A stretch of DNA of 64,000 nucleotides, taken from the NCBI RefSeq assembly GCF_004010195.1, contig NW_025215364.1:47700-111699 (forward strand), in the 5' to 3' direction. The stretch is from Chiloscyllium plagiosum (Eukaryota). The position numbers and the translations under genes are program-made. This document shows positions 14,510 to 26,015 of the stretch, in pieces. Below the pieces are notes generated by a model. It saw only the letters and a program-made list of their open reading frames with translations. It was not told the DNA's origin and made no database searches. How positions within the stretch are numbered: position 1 is the stretch's first letter; every line of letters starts with the position of its first letter.

Positions 14510-16990
14510 TTGCATTAAATCCGTAAAAGCAGAGCAAAACACCCACAGAATGCTTAGAGAAATGTTTAATGATGCCCACAACAGACTCCATAAATACAAC
14601 TGGGAAATTTTACATCAAAAATCTTTACTTAGTCATGCAACAGACCATGAATGGACAGATACAGTACAACAAGTCATAGACATTAGACAACGACAAACAC
14701 AGTAAATGAAAAAAAACTAGACGTGCAGAAAAAAACTAGACAAACTTACACGAAGCAACAATACAGACAACACAGAAGCATGGATAAAAGCTTATCTGAT
14801 CGACCCCTAACAGACACTGGTATATTGCCAAGTCAAGTTGATGAGTGGCTTGGAGGGGAACTTGCAGGTGGTTTTTGACACAGACGAATCACAACTTTGG
14901 TGATCCCTTTAGCCATGAGCTAATTCCTGACACCATGTCCTGACCATTATTAACTTTAACTAAAAAACCGTCTTAGTAAAGGGATTAAATTACAACTTCC
15001 AGGATGCGGACAAAAAAGATTTCTTAGCAGCATTAGAAACAACACTTAAAGACAACCAATTCACAGAAGAAACCTAACAATCCATCAGACAAGTTATCGC
15101 ACCAACATTAAGCAGAAACAAAGGAAGGAAACACACTCAATACACAGGAAAGGAAAGCACTGGAAAGACTGAAAAAGAGATAAAAACATTGTTATCCTAC
15201 CTGCAGACAAAGACGCTTGACAGTCATTCTAAATCGCAGAGATTACATTGAAAAAGCAAACTCACTGCTTACAGGTACCAACACTTCCCACAACTATAGA
15301 CCCGACCCGATAACTAGTGAACTGAATCACAGCCCTATTCAAACAACTTCACAAATATGGACAAATAAATAAGACCGCTTCCAAATAATGAAACCAGATG
15401 GATCCAACACACCTCGCCTCTATGGATTCCACAAAATTCACAAACCAGGAGCCCCCTCAGACCCATAGTCTCGCCACCAGGGAGACTAACTTACAGACTG
15501 GCCACGGAACTACACGAATGACTAAAACACTTAGTAGAAGGCTCACACCACTCCATCCACTCCACCAAAAAAATCCTGAAGACCATCAAAGACACTAAGA
15601 TAGAAGAGGATGAAATAATGGTCTCCTTTGATGTAACTGCCCTATTTACCTCAATCAGCATTAACCTGGCCAAGGAAACACTGACTACACTATTAGAAGA
15701 CCCAAAGATACAGACGCCAAACACCACTAACTACATCAATACGAGAATGTCATCAAGCTAGAGGACCTGACCACACACTTCATCTTCAACAACAAAACTT
15801 ACAGACAAACCAATGGAACACCCATGGGATCTCCGATATCAGGGTTCTTAGCAGAGGCAGTAATGCAGAGACTTGAGCAAACAGCTCTGCCAACCATCCA
15901 ACCCAATCTCTGGGTCCGCTACGTGGATGACTCCTTTGTCATCACTAAACGAAACAAGTCAGAGGAAAACTTCAAGACCATCAATAATACCCTTACTGGC
16001 ATACAATTCACTAAAGAGGAGGAAAACAACAACAAAGTGCCATTCCTAGATGTCACAGTAGAACGAACAGCGAATGGGGAACTTCAAATCAGCGTCTACA
16101 GAAAAACAACACATACGGACCAAATATTGAACTATAGAAGCAAACGTCCCAACACCCACAAACGAAGTTGCATCAGAACATTATTTCAAGGAGTCAACGC
16201 AACTTCAGCACAAAGGAACTACGCAGAGCATAGGAAAATCACCTATACCGTGTGTTCAAAAACAATGGGTATCCAATGAACACAGTCCGCCGATTTCTCA
16301 GCAACAAACCCGAACAAGCAGACAAAACACGTCCAGAAACCCTAGCCTCTCTCCCCTACGTCAAAGATATCTCGGAAATGACTGACAGACTACTCAGACC
16401 CCTTGGCATCATGGTAACCCACTAACTCAACAACACACTAAAACAGCAGCTAATGAACTTGAAAGACCCTATGCAGACAATGAGCAAAACTAACGTCATT
16501 TACAAAATATCGTGCAAGTACTGTAACAAATGATACATTGGAAAAACAGGCAGAAAACTAGCCACCAGGATACATGAACTCCCACTAGCCACAAAAAGAC
16601 ATGACCCTCTCTCACTAGTACCCTCACATCCGGATGAGAAAGGACACCACTTCGACTGGGACAACACATCCATCCTAGGACAAGCCAAACAAAGACACGC
16701 ACGAGAATTCCTAGAAGCATGGCATTCCAACCACTTCTTTACCAACAAACACATCGACTTAGACCCAATCTACCACCCCCTGAGAAAAGTAACCGGAAAT
16801 GACTTCACCACCGGAAATAACATCACCAAAAGAAATGACATCACCAACCCAAAGAAACCCAAACATATGAATAAAAAGCAGGAAGTTTTAGCATTGCTTC
16901 ACATGAGGTCCACTGAAGACGTTACCCAGTAAGGTAATGAAACGCCTGGAAATGAACCTTTCAGCTCAACGAGCAAACCTACATACAAAA
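14510..16990 (+). mobile_element. Penelope-like retroelement (RT plus GIY-YIG), frameshifted
   Basis: MVSFDVTALFTSI, GTPMGSPISGFLAEAVMQRLE, WVRYVDD, PFLDV, VYRKTTHTDQ, and NVIYKISC..C...YIGKTGRKLATRIHE. Confidence 0.9.
16912..16946 (+). ncRNA. Degenerate minimal hammerhead-ribozyme motif at the Penelope 3' end
   Basis: CTGAAGA-C-GTTACC-CAGTAA-GGTAAT-GAAAC-GCC: core boxes plus stem II, but the cleavage triplet departs from NUH. Confidence 0.55.
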
Positions 16991-16999
16991 CTTAGAAAG

Positions 17000-18410
17000 A
17001 TGGTTGAAGCAAGGCAGTCAACGCAGCTTCAGGACAAGTCTGTAGGAGTCCCTCGTGCAGTGGCTTAGGCCCAAACATCTTCAGGGCTGCTTCATTAATG
17101 ACCTTCCCTCTATTAAAAGGTCAGAAGTGGGGATGTTCACCAATGATTGCACAATGGTAATAACAATGACTGCAGATGCTGGAAACCAGATTCTGGATTA
17201 GTGGTGCTGGAAGAGCACAACAGTTCAGGCAGCATCACTGTGCTCTTCCAGCACCACTAATCCAGAAAATGATTTCATAATGTTCAGCAACATTTATGGC
17301 TCCTCAGATACTGAAGCAATCCATGTCCAAATGTGACAAGATTTGGACAGTATCCAGGCTGACAAGTGGCAAGTAATATTCACGCCACACAAACGCCAGA
17401 CCATGACATTACCGCTAAAATACAATCTAAACACTGCCCCTTGGCATTCAATGGTGGTACCACCACTGAATCCCCCAGTATCAAAATCCTGTGGGGTAAT
17501 CATTGCTCAGAAACTCACTGGATTCTTCACATAAACACGGTAACTACACGGCGGCACGGTGGCACAGTGGTTAGCACTGCTGCCTCGCAGTGCCAGAGAC
17601 CCGGGTTCAATTCCCGACTCAGGCGACTGACTGTGTGGAGTTTGCACGTTCTCCCCGTGTCTGCGTGGGTTTCCTCCGGGTGCTCCGGTTTCCTCCCACA
17701 GTCCAAAGATGTGCAGGTTAGGTGAATTGGCCATACTAAATTGCCCGCAGTGTTAGGTAAGGGGTAAATGTAGGGGTATGGGTGGGTTTCGCTTCGGCGG
17801 GTCGGTGTGGACTTGTTGGGCCGAAGGGCCTGTTTCCACACTCTAATCTAATCTAAAAGCAGGTTCAGAAGCTAGGAATACTGTGGCGAGTAACTCACCT
17901 CCTGACTTCCAAAAAGCCTGTCCATTATCTATAATGCATAAGTCAGAGGTGTGATAGAATACTCCCCACTTGCCTAGATGAGTGCAGCCTCAACAACACT
18001 CAAGAAGCCTGATACCATCCAGACAAAGCAACCAATTTGACTGTCACTTCATCCACAATGCTCCACAATCAACGCTCATCATCAGCAGTGTGGATTATCG
18101 ACAAGCTGCACTGAAAAGGTACACCAAAGATTCTCAGACACCATCTTCCCAATTCACGACCATGTCTATCTCAAAGGACAGGGGCAACAGATGTAAGGGA
18201 ACACCACTATATTCAAGTTCCCCTCCACGCCAATCATTATCCTGACTTGGAAATATATCGCCGTTCCTTCACTGTCGCTGGGTCAGAATCCTGGAATTAC
18301 CTATCTCATAGATTGTAGGTAAACTACAGCAGGTGGACTGCGGCGGTTCAACAAGGCAGCTCAGCACCAACTTCTCAAGGGCAACTAGGGACAGGCAATA
18401 AATGTTGGTG
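17000..18410 (+). mobile_element. L2/CR1-group LINE RT to 3' end, decayed and interrupted by a SINE and a hairpin insert
   Basis: GVP..S.LGP..F..FINDLPSI..SEVGMF...DSIQADKWQVIFTPHK, ending CAAGGGCAACTAGGGACAGGCAATAAATG. Confidence 0.75.
17549..17855 (+). mobile_element. tRNA-derived SINE inserted into a LINE
   Basis: GGCGGCACGGTGGCACAGTGGTTAGCACTG...GGGTTCAATTCC...CTAATCTAATCTAA. Confidence 0.88.
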
Positions 18411-18459
18411 AAACACACAACCATAAAATATATAAATTGAAAAAACAATTTACACAGGA

Positions 18460-19385
18460 AGGTTGCTGAGGTATCGCAGGGATTGGCGCTTGGGCCCCAG
18501 CTGTTCACAATCCCAATTAAACATTCGATTGAGGGAGTTAAATACAATATATCCCAGCCTGCTGACAGCACTAAAGGATATGGGATAGTGAGTGGGTGAG
18601 GAGATTGTAAAAAGTCTCCAAGGTGACACAAGTGGGGTGAATGGGCACGTTTGTGGCAGATGGAGAGCAAACTGAGTAGAGGTGAAGCTGTGCCCTTTGA
18701 TGGGAACAATAGTTTGGCAGCTAAACAATTGAAAAGGGATTAGTTAAAACATATTGATCTACAAAGGGAATTGTGCTCCCTTTTGTTGTTTCCTTCCACG
18801 CAGCCCTCCCAGGCCCATGCAGGGCAGTGAGTTCTGAATCCAGGAGTCAATACTGGGAATGGCATTGGCGCGTTGAACAGTTTCACAGATCCACCACGTG
18901 ACCAGCTGTAACATTGAAAAAGATCTGATCTCCCTGTACACCAGTCACTGAAAGTAATATTGCAGGAAAATAAAGCAGGTCAGAACATAAATGATGTGTT
19001 GACTTTCATTTAAAGGGGATTTGAGTCCAGGAACAAGGGTGTCTTACTGCAGCTGTACAGGGCCTTGGTGAGACCCCGTCTCGAACATTGTGCAATATTG
19101 TGTGCAGTTGTGGTCTTCTTACCTAATAAAGAACAAACCTGACATTGAGGGAGAGCAGCGAAGGATAACCAGACTGATCACTGGGATGACAGGCTTGTTG
19201 TGGGAGCAGGGTTTGGGCGTGTATTCCGCGGGGTTTTGGAAAATGAGTGGAGATCTCTGTGAAATACTTAAAACTCTGACAGGGTGAGGCAGATTGGAAG
19301 CAGGGATGATAATTCCCCTGGCTGGGACGTCTAAAACAAGGGACCACAGTATTAGGTACAGGGAGGTCACACTGCATTGAAATGA
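18460..19385 (+). mobile_element. Old CR1 fragments (paralogous copy at about 42440-42970)
   Basis: LQLYRALVRP.LE..VQ.WS.YL...IEGEQRRITRLI. Confidence 0.7.
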
Positions 19386-22329
19386 GAAACTACAGCAGTT
19401 CCTATTTTATATTTTTCCAGTGGTTCATCGCAATAAGGGATGTGTACATTGTGTGGGATAAGTGCATTGAGGAGATTTTCTCCATGAACGAGAATGTGAG
19501 AGGGCTCAATGTGTTGTCTGACGTATTCCTTTCCCGATGTTTCTGTGCAGTCTGTGAGAAAACTCTGTAAATGTTGTCACAGCTCTCAGATGTTCGGAAG
19601 GAGTTCTCTGCAGGGTCAACAGAACTGTGTTTCCCGTTCCCTTTTCCGATACCGATGCTGTGGCCGGGTGTTTTGATCGGTTTTATCCTTTAAGACCTCA
19701 GAGCAGTTTGATACAATTGAGTGTCGTGCTTGGCTGTTTTAGAGACCATTGAAGATTTTATCAAAAGTCTGTACGTCTGGAGTCACTTTTAGGCCAGACC
19801 AGGAATGCACAGGAGATTTACTTCCTGAAAGTACATTGAGGAAGGCAATAGATGTTTACAATCGACATTGGCTTCAGGGTCACTATACTGACAGCAGATT
19901 TTACAACTCGATATTTTATGAATTGCTTTTAACTTCCACTAGTTACCAGTGCATTTGCCTGGTCTGGATTAGTAATCCAGTGACATTTCGACAAAAGCGC
20001 CATCTCCACATGGGGATCTATCGGAAACCACACTGGGCAGGGTATTTCTGTGTCGCTTGACAGCTCTGTCAAAAATAACTCCCACCAATTTGACTGTCGT
20101 GATGGGACTGAGGGGGTAGTAATTGGTCAGATTGTAATTATTCTATTCTTAGTGGAATGGAATTAGCTGAGTAATTTTCCACATTGCCAGGGAGATGTCA
20201 GATTTCGAACTGGAATGAAACAGCTTCCCCAGGGACACGACCTGTTGTGCAGCACAAGTCTTTAGTATTATCGCTGGAATAGTGTCAGGGCCCATTGCCT
20301 TTGTTGTATCTACTGTGTTCAGCTGTTTCGTCATGTCACGTGCAGCCAATCGAATTGGTTGAAGTCTGGCATCTGTGATTCTCTTGGCATCATGAGAAGG
20401 ACATGGTGGGTCATAGATTCAACGCTTCTGGCTGAGGGTGGTGGAATACTCTATATTTGTCTTTTAAAATGATGTACAAGGCTGTTCTGTTATTTAGGAT
20501 GCAGATATTTGTCGAAACCTTCTTCCAGTGAATTGCTTAATCATCCATCACTATTTATGGCTGGATGTGGCCGGGCTAAGAGCTTCGATGTGATCTATTG
20601 ATGTGAGGGTCATTGTTGGTTCTGCTCTTTAGAATGTAACCAGTCAAGTGTGATTGCTTTAATGGGTTATCATCAGGTTCAGGTGCACATAGTTCCGACC
20701 CCTGTCATATTCACCCACACTGTCACTGAAAGATAGATTGGTTTGATGGTAATGGCAGATTGAAGGATTATCTCGGGCATTCCAGATTGTGGTTGAATAA
20801 AATTCAGCTTCTGCTGCTGCTATGGTCTGCACCACCACGTGAATGTCCTGTTTTTAGCTTAAAAATCTGCAATGCAATTCTGCTGCCTGCTCTGAATTCA
20901 CACCGAGACCCATTCACCCATCAGCCCTGTACTCAGCGACCTACGCTGGTTTCTGATGAGATAACACTTCCATTTTAATGTTCTCATTCTGCTGAGGTTC
21001 TCTCCATGGTGTCACAGCTCCAATTTGTCACATCGCTTAAAAACCATTTAACCAATTTATCTGAATCTTTTTCTTTACAGTTGTGCCATCCTCTGTGTTT
21101 GAAGGGAATGTGTTTCTCTCCTTGAACATGATTAAGAGCTCTGTAGCGTCAGTGATTCCAGCCTTATGTAGTTTCAGAGCCAATGAATTTGTGCAGCTTG
21201 CGTTATCATTAATTTTCCTCTGTGTGGCGCTCCGTGTTGAACAGGGCGTTTGAGCAGCTTTGATACACGTCTGTGAAACTTGTTCACAAACAGAAATTGC
21301 TGAAGAAACTAAGCAGGCCTTTATCATTAATTTTCCTCTGTGTGGCGCTCCGTGTTGAACAGGGCGTTTGAGCAGCTTTGATACACGTCTGTGAAACTTG
21401 TTCACAAACAGAAATTGCTGAAGAAACTAAGCAGGCCTTGCAGCATCTCTGGAGTCATTGCAGAGTTATTGTTTTTACTTTCAGTTACCCTTCAAAGCTT
21501 TCAGTTTCTTCAGCAACTTTTGTTTTTGTATCAGATTTCCGTTGTCCACAGTTCTTCTTTTATTGAAAATTTGAAGTGCCTATTCGTTTCTGTAGAAACT
21601 CAGCAAGTCTGGCAGCATCTGTGAAGACAGAGAAACAGAGTTAACCTTACAATTTCTTCAGAACTAAAAGGATTGGAAATGGGCTTTTCCATCCCCTGCA
21701 GAGGTGAATGTTGAGGTGACGGAAATCAAAGGGTGTGGAGATGCCGTGCAAAAGATAAGTGTGCTTTTAATTGCAGCGAAAGAGAAATAGATATATAATA
21801 GGTGTAAATTAATGTGTGAATGGGAGAAATGAGTTCCCTCTATCGAGTGCAATAAAAACAAGACACGGTCACAGGGAAACTTGAAGGAAGAATGTATGAA
21901 AAATGCTTAACGGTCATAATGGGGTTGGGTTGTGAAGTTATGGAATCGAATATTAACTCATACAGCTAAAACGCACCAAAGGACAAATTGAGGTGTTACT
22001 CAATTTTGAGTTGTGCTTCATTCGAACATAGCAGCAGCCCAAAACGAAAAGTTAACATGACAGCAAGGTAGGTTATTGAAATGGGAAGCAACGAGAAGGT
22101 CAGGGTTATTGCTACAGGCAGAGTGGGAGTGTTCCTCAATACAATCTCTGTTTGGTCTCCCCAATGTAAGGGAGACTGCATAGTGAGCAGCAATGACAGG
22201 AGACTGGATTGAAAGAGTACAAGTGAAATGCTTCTTCATCTGGAAGGTATATGTTGGGTTGCTAAGGAATGACGAATGCGACAGTGACCATTCCAAATAC
22301 CTGGCGAAATAGACTACATCATTGGGACT

Positions 22330-23360
22330 TCCACAGCAACAGCTTTAGTCAGGCCTTTTGACAATTTTTTCCCGTCATCTTAAGCTGTTCCCCACATCTT
22401 AACAACAGGGTCTATATAACAGTCTGCTTGTCACATATGCTACTGTCTGTTTCAAACTGATTTACTTTGTTTCAAATGTACTTGCAAGTCTGCTCTTTGC
22501 AATTGCATTTGTAAATTCAAGCCTTGTTATGCTATAGATTAAACACAGAACTCTATGACTTCCTTTTTTATATAGTCTACACCACTATCCACAAACCCAA
22601 CGATCTACTAAGCCTTCTTAACAATAATTTCAACTTGCCTGGCCACCTCTAATTTCCTGTCTTCTGCATCCCTCTCTCTTTAAAGAGAGGTTATATTTTC
22701 CAGTCCTCTGGGACCCTCCAGTGTTTCCTGAAAAATTCCTGAAATATCACCAACAGGACCTCTGCAACACCTCAACTATCTCCTTAGAAGAATGGGTTGT
22801 GGGCCATCTGGCCTGGGTGATTTACCAATCTTCAGACCGTTCAGCTTCCCCAGCAACTTCTCCTTAGTGGTAGTCACTATCATTACCTCTGGCCCCGACT
22901 CTCTTGAAGTTCTGGTAGGCTGCTGGTGTCTTCCACTTTGAGGACTGATGAAAAGTATCTATTCAACTCCTCTGTTATTTTTTTTCTTTCCCACAAACTA
23001 TCACAGCCTCATTTTCTAGCAGTCTGATGTTTGCTTTTCCCACCCTCCCTTCCCTGTTACATATCTAAGAATCTCTGGCAACCTTGTGTTATATCATTTG
23101 CACCTTTACCATCCTATTTAATTATCGCCTCCTTATTGCTTTTATTAGTTATCCTCTGTTGATAATAAAGGATCTCTCTCGATCCTTCGGATTCTCAATA
23201 ATCTTCACCACATTGTATGCTTTCTCTTTTGATTTGATGCTGTCTCTGACTTCTCCTATCACTCACGGCTGCCTTGTCCATTCCTGAGTACGTTTCTTCT
23301 TCTTTGGGATGAATTACTGATGTGCCTCTGAATTATCCCCAGAAACTGTTGCCATTGATG
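22330..23360 (-). mobile_element. Old CR1-like fragment
   Basis: Reverse strand shows patches resembling the CR1 ORF2 linker (for example DKSPRPDGPQP). Confidence 0.45.
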
Positions 23361-23427
23361 CTCCATGGTTCAAAGTTTGTGCGAAGATTTGTAGCTCGGG
23401 TGCTCGTTGTTGTGGTTCTGTTAGCCG

Positions 23428-23496
23428 AGCTGGAAGTTTTTGTTGCAAGCGTTTCGTCCCCTGGCTAGGCGACATCATCAGTGCTTGGGAGCCTCC
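23428..23496 (-). ncRNA. Penelope terminal-repeat fragment with a hammerhead-ribozyme motif
   Basis: Minus strand reads CTGATGA-T-GTCGCCT-AGCC-AGGGGAC-GAAAC-GCT. Confidence 0.55.
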
Positions 23497-25160
23497 AAAG
23501 AGAGAAAGGGAGGGAGAATATAGATGATGAGATGTAAAAATAGAGAAAGCTACATTACCGATAGAAGTAGATATCCTTCCCTACTTGTATTGGTATTTCC
23601 CGTGTGCTGTGGTCCTCTGTACAACACAGGATGGAGTTTGTGGATGAATTCATCAAAGTAACGTTACTTAATTATTGTCACATCATAGCAAGAAAAATAA
23701 ATGAGAGATGGGACATGGAGAATAATCGGAGGATTTATTAACGGGATACAAAGAGAGAAAGGGAGGGAGAATATAGATGATGAGATGTAAAAATAGAGAA
23801 AGCTACATTACCGATAGAAGTAGATATCCTTCCCTACTTGTATTGGTATTTCCCGTGTGCTGTGGTCCTCTGTACAACACAGTGATATGCTCAAATGCTG
23901 GGTGTGACGCCAGAACATTTATCTCCTACAATATTACAGCTGCCAGTTGTTTACAGAACCCAGCAGGACCATATATTTATTTCCTGGTAGAAAATGGATT
24001 AACTGAAAGAAGTTGGGACACCAGAAGCAGGAATTTAGAACATACATCCTGGTAAGGTTGAGAGACTGGAGCAGGGAACCCCAGAAAAGGAGGGGACGTT
24101 GAGAGAAGGAGAACATGACACCTCAGAAGAGGATCAAATAATGTTTGAACATTCTTTAAATTTTGGACATCATATGCATCATATTTTGTTTACATTTTCT
24201 TCGTTGGTCATTATGTATGTGTTTTGCAAATATGAACAATCTTATCTATCTGCACATCCACTGATTAAAGAGTGAATATAAAATAATGTTCCTCGATTTC
24301 AAATTATCCTGTTGTGTTTACACTGTCACTCGCCATTCCCTGATGTATTCTGTTTCTTTCACTGCATTTTATTTTATTCCGTCAGTCGAGAAGATATTGG
24401 TGACTTGGGAGTGATATCACTTTACTCCTCTCCAGGTTCTATAGCCAGCGTGTCCAATTCCTTTCTGTTTCTTAACCAAGGACACATATGAATTGTCGCT
24501 GAAGCTTCAATCCCAATAAAAAGGCAATTGTAAACATAACATTTACTTGTTGACTAAGGACAAAAATCTGAAAAGGAGGAGGCGTATAAACTGTGCAATA
24601 AGATGTTTGCATCTTTAGAAACAAATTATTGAAGTGCATTGGTTAAAGATGAACTGTTGCCTTACTACAGGAGTGAGAGGAAGGACCGGACAAATCTGTA
24701 TTTCCTGTGTTCAGGGAGGTTAACCCCAGAAGCAGTTTTCAGACTGATACTTGTTGAGGGGGAAGAGACTTCAGTGCAGTAATGAGCACTCAATTGGCTC
24801 TTAGGAATATCATTTCATTGAGCATGATTTGTGATTTACACAGCAGAGTCATCAAAACAGTGAAGAGAAAGCATCATCTTTCTCCTTTACCTCGAACATT
24901 GTTGGACTGATTGCAGATGGACAATAAGACCAATAGCAGGCGATATCAACGTCCCATCCAGGCTAGGTATTGTTGTTACATTAAAAGGATTGTAGTGAAA
25001 GTGGGTTAACACAGTGATTGTGATTGATGTCAGTCTCCATGGATTCTAATTGTGTCACTGGAGGGTTTCCCTCTTCTATTAATAAGGGGGTTTTTTCAAT
25101 GTGTTATTCCACTGTATCGGAGGCAGCAGCATCCTCAACATCATTGGAATCAGCAGCTCC

Positions 25161-25640
25161 ATAGAGAAGGAAGAGATCAGAACCTGAGAACATTAGGCTG
25201 GAATGTTAAAACAATAGATCAGTATCTGACAACATAAGACTGGAATGTTCCAACAATGGATCAGGATCTGTGGACATTAGACCGGAATGCTCCAGCAATG
25301 AATCAGAACCTGAGAACATTAGATTGGAATGTTCCAACAATGGATCAGAATCTGAAAAAAATAGACTGGAATGTTCTAACAATGGATCAGGATCTCATAA
25401 TATTAGATTGAAGTGTTCCAACCATGAATCAGAATCTGAGAACATTAGCCTGGAGTGTTTCAACAATGGATCAGAATCTGAGAACATTAGACTGGAATGT
25501 TACAAGAATAGACAGGAGTTTTTCGTCGGGTCTTAACTGACTTTCTCTGAAATGGCCATCGTTAACATTGCGGATGGAAGCTACACTGATGATTATTCAA
25601 GCAGGATACTATCCCATCCTCGCTATTGTTGGTGTTCCTG
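25161..25640 (+). pseudogene. GPR139-like first exon with 8 x 42-bp N-terminal repeats and internal stops; a short open remnant 25574-25640 is possible
   Basis: The frame reads about (MDQNLRTLDWNVPT)x8, then IDRSFSSGLN*LSLKWPSLTLRMEATLMIIQAGYYPILAIVGVP-G|gtgagt. The start position homologous to 13244 reads ATA, and there are three in-frame stops. The upstream ~200 bp is homologous to that of the 13.2 kb copy. Confidence 0.82.
25172..25507 (+). repeat. 42-bp coding-type minisatellite, about 8 units
   Basis: Consensus ATGGATCAGAATCTGAGAACATTAGACTGGAATGTTCCAACA. Confidence 0.9.
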
Positions 25641-26015
25641 GTGAGTCTATCTCTGTCCATTGATTTAATATGTAAGCCATTGTGAACACCATCACTATTT
25701 CTGTTGATTATATTTGGTAAATATGTCAACTTTTGTATTCACTTTCAATGACAAACTCTATTCCTGTTCTAGGAATTTCTTACACTTTAGTTCCAAATAA
25801 CTGTAGAAGAACAGACGTGGTTCTAACCATGATTGCCCTATTTTACCCAGAGCTTATTGAAATCTCAATATTCCATTTATCACTAAACCTGAGCATTACC
25901 ACCCCCACAATACTCTCAGCCTTCACTTCGGGCTCAGTGCTGTTTCTGAATAAACCCTCATCTTCACCTTTCCAGTTGCACTTCTCTTCTGGTCACTCTT
26001 CCAGTTACAAATACT

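Noticed and set aside
23777..23860. YPSLLVLVFP as a fourth GPCR exon 1
   Set aside because: Weak similarity only, with no clean GVP-G|gt donor and no family upstream block.
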